A stretch of DNA of 57,563 nucleotides, filler included, from Catajapyx aquilonaris (Eukaryota): assembly GCA_000934665.2 (NCBI GenBank). It is 3 parts of 3 records of this genome, joined end to end, with 100 filler letters (N's around TTAATTAATTAA, not from the genome) between each part and the next. Parts side by side here need not be neighbours in the genome. Positions count along the whole stretch, not along the records: positions 1 to 19,094 come from KZ539551.1; 2 more parts are not named here. One strand, given 5' to 3'. Both the position numbers and the translations under genes were made by a program. Numbering within the stretch: the first letter of the stretch is position 1; every line of letters starts with the position of its first letter. Below the pieces are notes generated by a model, which was not told where the DNA came from, made no database searches, and saw only the letters and a program-made list of their open reading frames with translations. This document shows positions 1 to 14,447 of the stretch, piece after piece.

Positions 1-2954
1 GACCGGTGTGGGGACTATGTTGAGAAATAAAATTGTTTCTTTGTCATGTCTCGCGTATGTCTACTTGAAACCACGAACTTATATAACACCCCTCGTAGAG
101 TCCAGATAATTTCCTATACGCATGTATCACCCCCGTACTAAGTCCTAGAGTAGTTCCTAATAGAGTCTGATCCTCTTGACATTTGCAATCATTACTAATC
201 CAGCAGCACCTTTTGCCCAAATTAAGCCCACAATTAGCACCGAAAGTGCGTTGTAGAAGAAGGGCATAGAGGTCAGACAATTATTCCTGGTCAGCAAGGT
301 TAAGACGTGGTCACCTTTAGATGATGATGAACCTAATTTGGCAGGGGCACGACATGCAGGTGTGCCAGAAGACAAGGTGGGTCGTGACTATACATTTAGA
401 AGAGTGGGGATCAACGATCTTGGCTCCTCTCATGTCCTCACACACCCGTACATGTCTCCACATACATTGTGGGCCTTGGCGTCCGTCGCTCTTTTCGCCC
501 AAATTGGGCTCCGGTCCAATTAAGATCGGAGGGCTGAGAATCAAGAATTGCCCTCTGCCCAGCAGGCAATGCCCCACGTGAGGGTCTGACCCCTACCGAT
601 TGATCAATACACAGTTCGATATTTGCGTGGAAACGGAGAAAGTTTGGCATAGCAGACACCCCTGGAGAAAGTGTCACGTGAGGTCCAAAGTTTGGAAATG
701 GAATCTTCCCCTCGCAGCATTTTATCAGTGACGTGTAGTTGGGATTCTACAGGATCAATAGGGGACTTATTTCCTCTCGGAAATTTTATATTGGGGCGTC
801 CATGTGTTTGACACAGTGCGTCCCCACCAAGAATATTAAATTGGCCTTTCTTTGAAGGCGAGGGAGGACAGGGTGTTTGTAAAATAAATTATTATGGGTA
901 GAAAATGTAGAATATGGGACACCAAAACAGTTGGTGCTGTGGACGTTGCACAATGTGGCCAGCAATAATCGTGCAAACCGAATACGAAAGAATTATTTAT
1001 AGGTTACTGTGGCGTGTTTGTTGGCGTCTTAAAAGAGACACACAGAGAAAACTTAATTTGACTTACGCAGGAATCTTGTTTGCCTTGAATACATACGTGC
1101 AGGGGAATAATTAACCGTGTTTGTAATTGAATTTTGCCCCTTCGTGTTGCACAGACTGCAGGCAAGAGGTATAATGAAAACATAAGCTACAGGAACAGTT
1201 TAATTGACCATTCGGATCAAGCGACTACTTCCTTCTCTTCACATTTTATGCCACACCCAGTGGCGTATAAGTGTACTGCAAGTGCTATTTGCATATGGTA
1301 ATCAATTAGCCAACATGCCCTGAATCTTTTCGGCTCTCACTGCAATAATTACAAAGCTTATGCGATATAACTATACTATTGGTCAAATATTTTTGCAGAT
1401 TCTCTTTTTAAAAATAGTAGTTCGTGAGGCCCATATCAGGTTATTCGAATAGTAATTAACTTCACAAAGGCTCTGTACACATTTGACTAAATCCGGATTA
1501 ATGTCCAGATTAATTCCATGCCAATAATAAATCTGGCATACACAAGGAGTTGTTTCCGGGCATTTCCATTATCCGTCCGTCCGTTCGTAACACAAGTTTT
1601 GCCTACGTGCACAAGTGTATTTTATTCTAACAATGCCAGGATGCATGCACTGCATGCTTAATCCATTTCATGCAATGTGTGTGCATTGTTACAATGAAAT
1701 ACGCTAGTACATGTATGCAAAACCTGCGTAACGAACGGACAGTATGTCGGCTGTGTTTGCGTGGAAATGCCCTTCCCCACCGACGTTACTTTAAAATGCC
1801 AAACTGCATTTGGTTGTAGTACATAAAAAGCAAAATGCTGTGCACTCGACGTCGATATGCAGAGCAAGGAAATACTAGGTAAATGCCCCAGATATATTCA
1901 TGGATGAATTCGTAGTCTATAATTGCGGCGACGTGATCCGCAAAATTATATTAAAACCGTGTGTGGAAACCTAATTAACGGTGTTTGAACAGTATGGGTA
2001 ATTCTCGCATGTTATATAGGATGAGAACAGTACGCTATATTCCGCAGGTGAAGGCTCATTCCAATAACACTGTAATTTACCGCGCAACTCCAGCAATGAA
2101 TGACTGACTCACTTGGCGGAATTTCAAGCTAATGCCATATACAAAAGTGCGTGTTAGTTTTCCTGTGAAATCTTACAAAATGGCATTCGAAAAGTGTAGG
2201 AAAATAATCCTCTACCCCTTCAGCATTATTTTGGTGATGCAACCCGACATGTTTACACACGAATTGTCATTGAATTACTGGGAGATAATGAAAGAAAGGC
2301 GATAATGAAAGAAAGGCTCCATCATACTTTAATGTACAGTATATCAGGGATCAAATCATAAATTACAGCTTTGAGTACCCCACAAATTTTCAACCTATTT
2401 TATCCAGTCTCCTACGTACTAATCTACATGAAATGCAACGTTTCAGTTTTGTTTTTCTTGTCATTTTGCTTATGTCGGCGCTTAATTTGCTTCAAATTGG
2501 TATCGAAGTATACGCGTTACTCGGGGGCTTAGACAAGATATAGGGCTCCTTTGGGTGCTCTTCATTTGTGCTTGACTGCATTTACTGACTGCAGGTTGGG
2601 TATATCGGCATATCCACATTCGCCATCACTCACTGCCGGTATCACCAGTGTTTGGCTACATTCCCATCCCTTCTTCCCAAAGTGGCAAAAAAACATCCAA
2701 GCGTTTCATGACACAGTATATGCCGAGTTGCAAGTGTAGTTCCCACAGCTTATTAAAACGAGACAGGATCATAATACAGTACTTCGATGGGCTCTGTTCT
2801 TCCGGCTTTTTTCTGCCCCCCCCCCCCCCCCCCCCCNACCATTCCCTTCAACCTAGAGCCGCTTCCGCTGGCCTTCGCCCACATTCTCACGCACGCATAC
2901 CCAGACAAACACGCAGGCCACGCGCAGACCAGAATAACCCAGTCCAATACTCAC

Positions 2955-3018
2955 GGTTGCATCCCAAGTCATGGATCGTCAGGAAGATGGCCTTCTTTTC
3001 CTGTTGAGTCAAATCACC
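2955..3018 (-). CDS. Internal exon of an NDRG-family alpha/beta-hydrolase-like gene (CG2082/ZK1073.1-like): GDLTQQEKKAIFLTIHDLGCN
   Basis: 64-nt exon with acceptor ttttctttcgtttcag and donor C|GTGAGT. The peptide matches the NDRG motif FLT(V/I)HDLGCNH. Downstream exons were not found in 1-2954 and presumably lie left of the window. Confidence 0.9.
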
Positions 3019-4711
3019 CTGAAACGAAAGAAAAGCACCAAGGTAGAGTGAATGACCCGCTATTTGCAAATGGAAAGTACTGCATATGGGACGATGTTGG
3101 CGATGTCTGCAGCTTATGAACATAACAGCTAACCTTCGATCGCGGCTATATTTGTCTATGATGACTTGGTCGATAAACATGAAACGTCCTTTCATGTCAG
3201 CTTATGCAAAATAGAAATCACCAGCTGCAAAATATTTTGCTCCAGGGAGATCTAATATTGTTATTTTAAATTTACCTACAGTTCTTCCTCCTCGCACCGA
3301 TTGGATTTTACCTATATTCGCGTTAACTGATGCTGAAAAACATCGCTGGAGTAAGCTAATTACGTGGAGGCCACGAAGCTTAATTAGTTTGCGAACACTG
3401 CTAGTGTTATGAAACTTCAGCATGTATAATAAAATGAGTGCACTTTTCCATTTACATGGGCACTATTTTCACGCAACAATGCCACTGCTTGGACAAGAAA
3501 TCTATGTTTTCGCAAGACATTACGCAGGACGACCATTACCACCACATTTATGACTCTGCTTAAGATTGGGACATGGTACGGCTCTCCTAAATTCCGCATT
3601 CACCTCTGGTAAAACTTGCGGCCAATCCTGCTCAAATTGCAGCTCGGGGATGTTATTCACCAGAGAAACAGCTAGTCTAGATTTTCACTCAACACGAGCC
3701 TTTTATTGGATAGTAGGATCCGCTTTTGTTAGGTGCAGAAAAGCATTTTCGGGTGTCCAGAGGTGGTGTAGTGAGGGGGAGGTGGTAGAGGAATAGTTTG
3801 ACGTCGAAAATGACGTCAGTACGAGTTGGATGATGCCAGTTGCAGGGACCAATAGCTCGGGGGGGGGTTATAAGGCAAAGGTCGCCACAAATTCGTCTGG
3901 TGGCCATCCCCCATGACATAACAATAACAACAAACGCTGGGATGTCGCATCACACGCACATATACGCATATGGAGATCCGGCAGTCCTATGCAAACTGGT
4001 GTAATATAGAACAACAAATATGACCTATTTGGCATTTGCTTTGCTTGTCCTCCGGATGCAGCATCAGTTGGGTTGATTACACATTTCCTTTGGGCATCAC
4101 AGCATATTTATACTGTATACAACCGCCTCCCAATACTGCCCACTCATTCCTATTAAGCGTTTCCTGGAGCACCGCGCTGACCTCTGATTTTATGTGGCAA
4201 TTTTATGCGGGGACGAAGGGGGATTAATCCTGTGCCCATAATTTTTGATCGGGAATAAATACGGACCAACATTTATTGCCTCTAAACAGAGTCAACATCC
4301 CATGTCTCTGCAGATATACAGCCAAGCTAGCAAACATATAACTTGAGTTATTTGTGGGCCTTGTATCTCGTTGGAGGTGAGGGCTAGAGCGATACTATAA
4401 ATCGGCCGCAGATTGCAGGCTCGTAATTTCATCACTCGGATTGCCAGGGGAGCCTTTATAAAAAAAAGTGAGAGGTTTTCATAAAATGTTTATAATAGCT
4501 CAATGCCTGCCGTGTACGAGATGACAACGCACACTTTTAATGAAGGACGTTTTACTTGACCCGACTCATGTAGAAAAATATGCAGGTTTGTGTGACAAGA
4601 GTGGTCCAGTAGTTGGGTTTTCTCTCCAAAGTCCATTTTTTACTGATAAGTTGAATTTATAGCTGTAAAACTACTATCATAATTTACTGCTGTATGATTA
4701 TATAGACTTAC

Positions 4712-4762
4712 CTGAACGTAGACACTGAGCGGCCCACACCTCTCGGTAGATACAATATGCTT
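4712..4762 (-). CDS. Internal exon of the NDRG-like gene: KHIVSTERCGPLSVYVQ
   Basis: 51-nt phase 0-0 exon with acceptor gtttttctttcctctttacag and donor CAG|GTAAGT. It joins in frame to 2955-3018, giving ...VYVQGDL..., as in arthropod CG2082-like proteins. Confidence 0.88.
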
Positions 4763-7700
4763 CTGTAAAGAGGAAAGAAAAACAGCTATCAGAGACATAA
4801 TTATTCATATCGCTTGAAATAGCCATTCATATATGAACTGACACGGTTCTCATGGCGACCCCATGAGCTTTATGATAAGGGATTTCCGAAAGTCTGAATG
4901 TGTCGTGTTTTGACCTCATCACCTTTGAAAATAAGTTGCACAGTAGACTATAGATGTGAATTGCGTGAATAGACTATATAGATGTGAATTGCGTGAATGG
5001 CGCATATTTGCGTCGTAGGCCTCCAGTCATTATGGGGTTCTAGAACTATAGGAGGGAAGGGCGCGAAAGTTGGTGGGAAATTATACATTTTATGCCGTGA
5101 AACCAAAAGTTTGCAACAGGCACTTTGTCGCTGACTCTGCAATGTCACGTACGTGCAATCTTTGTGAAAATGACCGGTGTGGCTCGTTAAAACTCACGGT
5201 ATATGCTTGAAATAGACGTACTACTCCAGTACTTCATATGTAATGCATAGTTTGCTGTGACTGCAATGCAAGATATGGCTACTGCACAACATGTACTAAG
5301 AGTGTACGGGAATTTTGATGGTACACGACTTGACGAGCAATAGCTTCTTATTACACTAATTACAGGTATGCAAAGGTGTGGCAAACTTGAAGTACGTATA
5401 CTCTTGTTTATAGATCGTCCTCTATAGCACAAAACAAGATCAGCTCATTATTATAAATCCTTGAGAATTTCATAGTCTGGTTTGAAAAGATGTCTGTTAG
5501 CCGGGGTATTGAAACATTTACTGGGCAGTGTCATCCATGCAGCATCAGGTTTATTGGCCAACAAGGTTGTGTCCAGCCTCCAGCGTAGGATGCCACCACA
5601 ATGGGGTTTACATCGCTATACTTGTAGGCTATATGGGTCAATGTTTGTTAAATTGTCAAATTGAGTATGGTAACGAAAGTTATTTTCCAACCTTAATTGA
5701 TTTCCAGCATTCTGCAACTTTGTGTATTAATGATTTGTGCCCCTGGCGAAATTTCATCATAAATTTTACAATATAATTTTTGTCATTACCGTAACGTAAA
5801 AATTTCGCACGTTACCACTTACAGTATTATAGGCATAGCCTACGTATATTATAAGCATACTTCTCATACCTTCACAATATGGGAATAAAATACACATTTT
5901 CGTCATTTTCACCCTTGCACGTATGAAATAAGTTTATCATCACATTTGCGTCAAATTACCGGTTAACAATTTTCTTTTCTAAATAACAGATAGAAATGTT
6001 TCAGCATAGGATATAGGTCCATATCCCATTTGGCATCACTTTAGTGTCACTCATATAATTATTATCATATTGTCAATTTGAATACATACGGCCATCAAAT
6101 GTCGGTAGTGATTCAATCATAATGACGCGTCCTTATTGCTATAATGACACTGATTCTAGTGACACAGCTAACAGGCTAAAGAGTACCAGTGTATGAGTAA
6201 TTTACCATTTGCTGCACTGAGACAACACACTGTATCTTTGCCGAACATTGACCCACATATCCTTTTAGCTACTTAACCAATTAACTTTTTTTGCGTGACC
6301 CTTTCTGGAACAGCCAACACGTTGCATGCAAAGACATCGTATATTCTTGCACATTGATTTGAACCCCTGCGATTCCCAGTTACGATAATATGCACTAATT
6401 CACACACACAATAATACACCTAGCAGAAATATAGCCAAGTATAACACAATGCGCGCACTGCACTGTACCAAATACATTGTATTGTATGCAACATGGGTTC
6501 CCCCAATATACGAGTATAGTAAGGCGTAGCTCTAGGTCCTGCGAATCTAATTAAATGCACGATTTCTCAAGTTTTTAGAGGGGAGGTTAAATGTGTTTAT
6601 CAGTGCCCAATTTTCCTGCACAATTTAACAGGCCAGTGAATGTCATATAGACAAAATGAACTGCCTACTCGTGGTATTCAATATTGCAGCATGACGCAGG
6701 GTGTCCAGGGGTCCTGCCAAACGTTTAGCTGGCTGTGACGCCTGATAACAAGCAAATATTTAGTTGTTGCCATCATAATTTTGCGCGCTTTTACGTATTA
6801 AATAACAAAGCATTGGTGAAGCAATCGAGTACTGGTCAACCAAAATGTTTGATCAGTTCATCCAGTGAGATTTTTCAAGGAAACTAAAGTTTTGCTCGAA
6901 ATAACCTAATTTATATATCAACTAAAGAGGTTTATTGTCTACTGAAACATTTGGCGGGTTTCTCAGTGTACATCAGTACAGTACATTAATTATTGACGAG
7001 GCTTAATGCCTGACTGTGACCTTTCCAATAAAACCCATTGTTTCGTCAGTAAACTGTAGCTGAGTTTTCTCGAAAATGATGGAAAATGGAATGTTATCCT
7101 TTCCCCAATAACTCCTTCATATGGTATGTGACACTTTTAAAACTTCATACAGTGATAGGTGCAAACTAGTAAACTCACGAACTCATTCCCACATGCTTTG
7201 GACCATACTGTAATCAAAGTTCTCCATGCCTCATTACATGATTTTTAAATCGACATGGCTCTCCTACGTGCCTGTGGCGCGTAATTTTGTGATTTTTTTC
7301 CCCCCTCGGTGAATCTAACTTTTAACTTCATTTAAATTTTATGCAGCTTATAACTTTCAAAGTCATAATTTGAACGCACTAGAAGGTGGGACCAGAAATC
7401 AACTTTAAAATTCAATTACAGTATGCCACCGATCTATAGTTGACCACTTAGAAAGTATCTGCAACTCACCAGTTATAGTTACGATGCCTTGGACAGTATC
7501 CGTTAATTGAGTTATAACATGTGGCCTGTATGACAGCAAATTAGAGGGTTTTTAAAATTATGTACAGTACATCAGTCACGAATATTTCAGATTTTTACAA
7601 ATTTAATTTACATGCAACCGGCCGCGGCCCTAAGTGAGACATCTCGCACGTGTTACAAGTGACGGACTGCTTGTAAGGCCACGCGAATTAGTCTCAAGTT

Positions 7701-9927
7701 CCTTCATTTAATTACTAACGGAATTTTAAATACAGAATTGGATTGTAAAGTTACTGCAGCTGTGCCTCGCCCGCAGGGTACATTCTCCAAGTCAGAACTT
7801 CCAACTTGGAAAGCTGCACATGCCGGAAATATTCTCTCCCCAGGCATAGTTTCTTAATCCCAGCTCCATTGCCATTTTATAAGGCCCGCCATGGACCACC
7901 TGGTAGCTCGATTCCAAAAATGTTTCGGACCTATTCTTGCACACTCATGTAATTGCTCCAGAAGTGTCAGAAGCTGAGATTTGTGGTATCCTTAATGTCT
8001 TCCCGTATCTTCCCATCTGCAAACTGATATGTGGCACACGACAGAGAGGTGTTCCCGAAAAAAAGGGTATTTGGGAGTGGGTCATTTTCTCCGGCACAAC
8101 CTTCCCTAGCAACCTTCGAAAAATATAAATCCCCCCCCCCCCCNNNNNNNNNCCCCCCCCCCCCCCCCCCATATAATCTCCCACCCACTCTTCTCTCCAC
8201 CCCCGCTTCTGCATCAGGCCTACTTTTTCCTATCGATCCTCCTTCGGATGGGTCGACACTGCCTATTCGACTCACGCCTACACAACGACCGCCTCCTAGA
8301 TGCTGGAGGACCTTTCTATTCGATTTGGTGAGGATACGACCCAAAAGAACATTTAGAAAAAAGAAGGGACACACACCCTTCCAAAAAATTGCTGATCAAT
8401 ATTTGGGCAATATATTGACCAAGGGTTAGAGTTCGGGGATCCGTGTCTGGCAGGCATGGCGTCGGTGGAATTCCCGGTGGTTCACTTTTGGGTGGGTGGG
8501 TACCATGCGCAGTGGGGGTTTTGCCGAATTTGTCTGAAAGGTCACTTATTATTGTACCACCTTGAGGTTCTTGGCCACGGAGCTTTGCTAAAAGGGGGTG
8601 GTTGACCCCGTGGTTGTAATGTCGGTACGCACGCACCCCTGAGCGATTCATGTTTCGGTGCAAATGTTTGGGCCCCCTGAATTGATTTCAGATACTGTAC
8701 GGGTTACGTAAGGTACACAAGATACAGAGTTAAAAGCAGGCATTTGCTCGCCACTGAATATTTTAAAATTTGACGGGAGTGTCCCACCTATTTATTAGAA
8801 CCGAATGTCCATCACCAATGCTGTTTGTGACCATTCGTAGTTTATGTGCCATGGTGGGGTTTCCCCCCCGAGGGGAGTATTACGGGAAAGCCGACTACAT
8901 TACCACGTAGGCTCGACAACTACACCCTGATGAGCACAAGTTCTCGCATCGTAACTCTCCCCTGTCACCTGGATAACAAAGCAGGTGGCAGTGACCTGAG
9001 TGACGCGACTGACTTTTGAAATGTCACTGGCTCATCGGCCAGAATAGGCTATAAAAGGTGGTTGACAATATGTTGATTGGTGAACAGGCAGTGATTCGGG
9101 ATCCCCAGAGGTATCCTCAAATGGGACACGCACATGGAGGCTGTTTCTCTCTCTTTTTTAACCCCCCCCCCCCGGCGTTCTTTGTCGAGGAACGTCATTG
9201 CCCGCGGCTGGAGACGTCGCCACAGACGTGGGGCTTCGGCGCGGGGCCGACTGTTTTTGGAAAGGTCACAGCGCACCCCCTCCCCCTCTCACACCACACC
9301 TCTCTACCACTACCCCACCCTCTTTTAGACCCTATGCCATTCCCCCATGGCTGCTACTGCTGCTGCTGTTTCTACTGGATCGATGGGAAGCGCTGCCAGA
9401 AGCTGTTCCTCCCAAAACTCTCTCTCTCTCTCTCCCTACCTCTTCTTGATTTTGCACTCTCAGGAGTAGCTGGGATGAACCTCCCCACCACCACCTCACT
9501 TACAACCATGACTGAGGATCTCACGCCATTTGCACCTGACAACCATACTTCCCTGCCTATTCCCGAGACCAACTAATCTGACACACGTGTCGTCATACCC
9601 TGGGAGGATCTAGTAGTTCATTGCAGAGGACGACAACTGACAAAACTCACAGAAGGATTTCTGATTGTAGTGAAAAGGTCGAAAGCGAATTTTCCAATGG
9701 GTTTTCGTGACCATTCACAAAGTTGGGCGGCTATGTTGCCATGAGCACCGTTTCATTCAGTACAGTACGTCCCTGCGGGCAGTGCTGGTAACATTACGAA
9801 AAGCGGAGAAGGCTGGAGGGAATTACAGGGCAACTTATCCCTTTCCCAGTCCAACTATTTGGAAAGGGCTTAGTTTTGAAATGAAACTTTAGACCGCATA
9901 TGAATACGATATGAACCCAGGGCGTAC

Positions 9928-9966
9928 CGATGTTCCAGGTCGGTCGTCACTTCCTGAGCCTTCCAT
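9928..9966 (-). CDS. Candidate alternative first coding exon of the NDRG-like gene: MEGSGSDDRPGTS
   Basis: CAAC-ATG start context, 13 codons, phase-0 donor TCG|GTACGC compatible with exon 4712-4762. Confidence 0.4.
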
Positions 9967-12900
9967 GTTGACTGCTGCACTTGTCGTTCACAAATCACAC
10001 GCGTACCCACAGTTCGTCCTTTTGTGTGAAGGAAAATAATAATAAAATATTCTGTTACATATTTTTCTAGAGCGTAGATTCAAACCAGAGGGTTTAGCGT
10101 TATTTTTAGTGTCTCCCATCACAACTTTTCCTGCTTATGAGGATGCAAAAGACGGCTGTAATTGAGTCAGCCCACTTGTAGTTTAAACAAAATGGATTCA
10201 TTAGTGAAACGAGGTCAGGCTGGAAGGTATTTTTTTTGTGTGCTTTGAGTTAAGGATGGAAAAGACATGGCGCCGTCTTGGTCCATTAGCGGATACGAAA
10301 ACGTAAACAAGTGAATTGAAGCATTAGGGGGGCAGGCTGGTTGGTCTGTAAAAGGTGCCCTTTTCCCCACAGATTTCCTCGAGAAGATGGTTCATCCTGA
10401 GAGGACGGCATCCCGCTATGTTGCCTAAAATCCAGGATAAACTGGCTTACCTCGAGAAACGCGGATTTCCTGCTTTCATTTCCAAAATTCAATGCTATGG
10501 GATTTTTTTTCCATAGACGTGAAGGTCTAAGGGTGTACCGTTTGCACGGGGCGTTTGACCTCAACGTTTCGCGGCGGCGATAGTATCGACTGCCACGTGC
10601 CTGGCAGTGTGAGCGATTTTAGATTATTCCGATCTCTGAATTTGCATAAGTGAATTTAAGGTCAATTTATAGCAATGTCCAGCTATGCTACGTTGGAGTC
10701 GTGTGTATTTTTGGTACTTGCAGAACTCGGGCAGACAAAAGCCATAAATTATTCAGTAAGTTTGAAAAAACTCGTTGACGTCAGCTTTAGTTATCTGACT
10801 TTGTGTTCGACTGTGGAATAACTTTTGACTGCTAACATTTTTAAAAAATCTCTTATTTTGTACTAGAAGTGTTATGTAAAGTTTTTGGCGGTTTTTGTAA
10901 CACTACCCTCATATGAGGTTCTATAAATAGGGCTAAACAAAACCGCCACTGCTGTCTGCGTAATAATATAACGACATGAAATGCAAATATCAATCAAGAA
11001 TAATTTGCTGATCGAGGCCATCGCCATATTGTTGCCACTCTGCGAGTGACATTACTGGTAAATAACAAGTACATCCCATACCCCCTCCATCTGTGGGAAG
11101 GTCTCACTTTCCACGTCTTTCCTTCAACTAAATACGGAAGCCAGTACACTAGTAACCTCTCTTCCTTCTATATTTAACCCTCTTTTTTCCCTTTCTCTCT
11201 CTCTCACCCCATACCACAGCAAGGTGGGAAGAAGCGACCGCGCCTTTTTCTCTACCCGCTCAAATATACCGCGTGCGACGTACGCCCCTCAACCGATCCG
11301 TTCAACCCGTATTCAGAGGTCAAGTCCCCTCATGCAGGCTGTTGTCCCCTGTAGTCACGCGACCCTCCAGCCCGACGAAAAGACGACGCATTTGGGTACC
11401 CCCCCCCCCCCCCCCCNNNNNNNNNNNNNNNNNNNNNNNNNNNNNNNNNNNNNNNNNNNNNNNNNNNNNNNNNNNNNNNNNNNNNNNNNNNNNNNNNNNN
11501 NNNNNNNNNNNNNNNNNNNNNNNNNNNNNNNNNNNNNNNNNNNNNNNNNNNNNNNNNNNNNNNNNNNNNNNNNNNNNNNNNNNNNNNNNNNNNNGAGTGT
11601 GGCTGGTTGGGATGCTTGCTGGTAGGTGGGGAGGGGGGGAAAGTGGGAGGGGGTGGGGTAGACACACAGGGGGTGGTGGGTAAGAGGCAGGATAGGGGGG
11701 TGTGGGAAAGGTGGGTGGGTGTGACAGGGGGGGTACTCACGCACACACTCACGACTCTTAAGAGAGGGGTATGTGAAAAAACAGGGAGCAGCGACACAGG
11801 CCGGCTCCCTCACGCCATAGCACACTGGTCCCTACTCTCTACAACCCGACTTTCATCGATCCAACTGAGCATCCATGGGGTTGTGGGGGAGGGTGGGGGG
11901 ACGATGGGTGGGGTTTTTCGGGTTGGGAGGTAGGGGGGTGGATGGAAGCCAGACTTTGCGAAAACCCCATTTTGGGAACCATTGGCCCGAAGGCGTCATC
12001 AAAGGGATATGGAACTTTAAGGCGATCCCAACTGATTAGAAATGTTAATGAGGTTGCATGAGGATTATTATAGGTGGGGTCGTGATTAAGTAGACGATTT
12101 TCGACACATAGCCCGCTGATCGTTTAAAAAATGCGAATAAATATGTAGTAATAACGAAGCACCTGCTCCCCAGGACATATGGTAAGCAGCTTTTCCACCA
12201 TATGTCAAATTGTGTGGAGTATCAAAATAATTTTTTGCAGGCTGAAAAATATGTAAGAAATGAACATTTTGGGTGAGAGATCCTGCCATTTGACTGTAAG
12301 GGGAGAGGCGGGGGTGTATGTTGGGAGGAGGGGAGAATGGGGGCAGTGTTCCTTTTGCCTCCTCCCTCCCTCCCTGGTCCCTCTTCCAAACCCGCCTCTC
12401 CCCATCCGCCCCCGCCATTATGTGGACCATGGCGCAAGTTGCGCGACCACGTTGCGCCGGCGACACATTCCACTTATTGTCCTCTCCACTGGTCGCCACC
12501 GCTCTTCATCATACAATTGAACCCATCGGGGGCAACATGACCTATAAGCCCTGATTGGTAAGCACGGATCAAAACAGGGGTGTCCGGAGGCTAGAAGGAG
12601 CGCGAGGAGACTATAACCCCGCCCAATTGTATTCGGGGTCATGTGTCACATGTGACATGGTCTGCACAGATAAGGGTGTCCTGAAGTCTGCAGGCAATTA
12701 GCCCCAATTGCTCCCTACAACATTTCGCATCCTTTTAATCGTTTGTGGCTAATAGAGAGAGTTAACCTCTATTAACTTTTGGAGCTAGTCGTCTATAAGG
12801 GTGAACTTTACATAGCGCTGTGTATACATACACGATAGGATGGTGCAAGGTCAGATTAGGACAGGCGCAGGCGGCTCGTTCAGAGTAGAGCACGATGCAA

Positions 12901-13392
12901 TGATAATGCGGAACATGCGTTACATTGGGCTTTCTGCGGATCAGGCTTTGAGATTTGGATATGCAAAGGGTGCTGATAACGTGCAAATCAGTGGAGTATA
13001 TGGTTCTGTGTTTGTATGGAAAATCCTGAAGTCCTACAAAACGTAATGCACATAGCATGAACTTTATGGATGGGAACAATGTCCAACAAGTGGAACAAAT
13101 CGGCAGTTCGATTTAACGAGATTTTCATGATCAAAGTTCTCCATCGGGGCTAGCTTATACCTATAGAACCGTTTACGTGCTTGTTATCACGCCTGGCTTA
13201 AATGAGATGAGCTCACTGGGGACGTATTGGTACAATGCAATCGATTCATTGAGAAAATGACATGACTAACGACCTACGTGACATGCCTCATGCCAACCTG
13301 AGAGGACCCAAATGACTAGAGGGATGGTGTTTTTCCCAGTTCGGAAGACGTGGAACGGATGAACTTCAAGGAGAAGTGGAAAAAAAACTCAC

Positions 13393-13452
13393 CGTGGACA
13401 TGATTTCCGAAAACGCTTCTAAACACCGTTCCGGATCATCAATGCGTGCCAC
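13393..13452 (-). CDS. Candidate alternative exon of the NDRG-like gene ending in MST (fully open as VARIDDPERCLEAFSEIMST)
   Basis: 60-nt exon with acceptor ctctcag, ending ATG TCC ACG|GTGAGT in phase 0. I recall MST N-termini in insect homologues. Confidence 0.5.
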
Positions 13453-14440
13453 CTGAGAGCATACTGGCCTCTCAATGCATTTCTACTAGCATCTTATCCC
13501 CTCTAACTACGTCTTTTCCTGATCTAAGCGTCAATCCAAGGCCTCACGCCACTTTACAAAAGGTTTTTCTCTCCTGTTTTTTATACACCTTTCCCTTTTA
13601 CTTATGCACAATCATGCTGGCTTATTTTGTTCAAATTTTTTCTTGAAAATAATTGAAAGTTGTGGAACGATGTCATTCACTCCTTGACACCTTGGCTCAT
13701 ACCTGCACGGTCTTATCGTACACTAATCCTGGGAGAGGCAATAGATAACATTTATGTCTGCTGTATCATGCGCTTGTTCTCTGGATTCCTACCTGCTGAT
13801 ACTGCTCGTTGAGAAATAGGTGCTCTTTTGCAAGGTTGCCGGCAAGTTTATTGCACTATCTCCGTCTTAAAAATACAATCGCATTTGATACACTGCCAAA
13901 GATAGACGATTTTTTTGTACGTCGGCATTACAAAGTAGGCCGCACACGTGTTTTCCCATATTTTATTATTTGTGGCTGTGACAACTAGCTTCACATATTT
14001 GGGAGTTATCTCGAAACTTCCCACCTTAACTGTTGTTGACAAAGTCTGGTACTGCTGGCGATGCGCATTATATTTCGAGACTATTGCGACGGGGAATTTT
14101 AAAACGCATCACCATAATTGTGATTTGTTTGTTCATTGATTCACCCACTGCATGCTATGCACGCCCTGGAGCAATAGACACATGTTGATTAAATGTGTGG
14201 GAATAATCTGAGGCAGTGACCACTCTACCAGGCACATGACCCACATAGGTCCACCTCCATTCATTGAGAGGCTCAACTATATGCATCAAGTAGCTCCTGT
14301 TGGGAGGCTAGGGTCAGTAAAAATAGTGGGGAGGCCTTGTTGAGGACATCCAGAAGGTCAAACAGTACCAATAGCATAAGTAAGCGGGAAGTTGACGACT
14401 GTGAGGAGGAGCCTACAGGACCAGTTGTGCTTGTTGCGCC

Positions 14441-14447
14441 TTTTATA
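14441..14447 (-). promoter_or_regulatory. TATA box (TATAAAA), candidate internal promoter for the MST isoform
   Basis: Minus strand reads CCATATAAAAGGCGC about 1 kb upstream of exon 13393-13452. Confidence 0.3.

Noticed and set aside
3799..3875. CRE, CCAAT and TATA-like cluster on the plus strand (similar NF-kB-like and TATA cluster at 8855-9057)
   Set aside because: Lies inside NDRG introns, faces antisense and has no downstream exon; short motifs are insufficient.
2284..4997. Short tandem duplications (17 bp at 2284-2317; 26-28 bp at 4944-4997)
   Set aside because: Two-copy slippage duplications with no spacers; not CRISPR-like and no sign of function.
9130..9262. Possible extra NDRG exon (SAPRRSPTSV...) after a minus-strand acceptor
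   Set aside because: Meets an in-frame stop after the poly-G tract and has no clean phase-0 donor; homopolymer uncertainty prevents a call.
8131..11593. Poly-C tracts next to N runs (8144-8152, 11417-11593) and the ORFs crossing them
   Set aside because: Typical sequencing dropout at G/C homopolymers; tract lengths and ORFs are unreliable.
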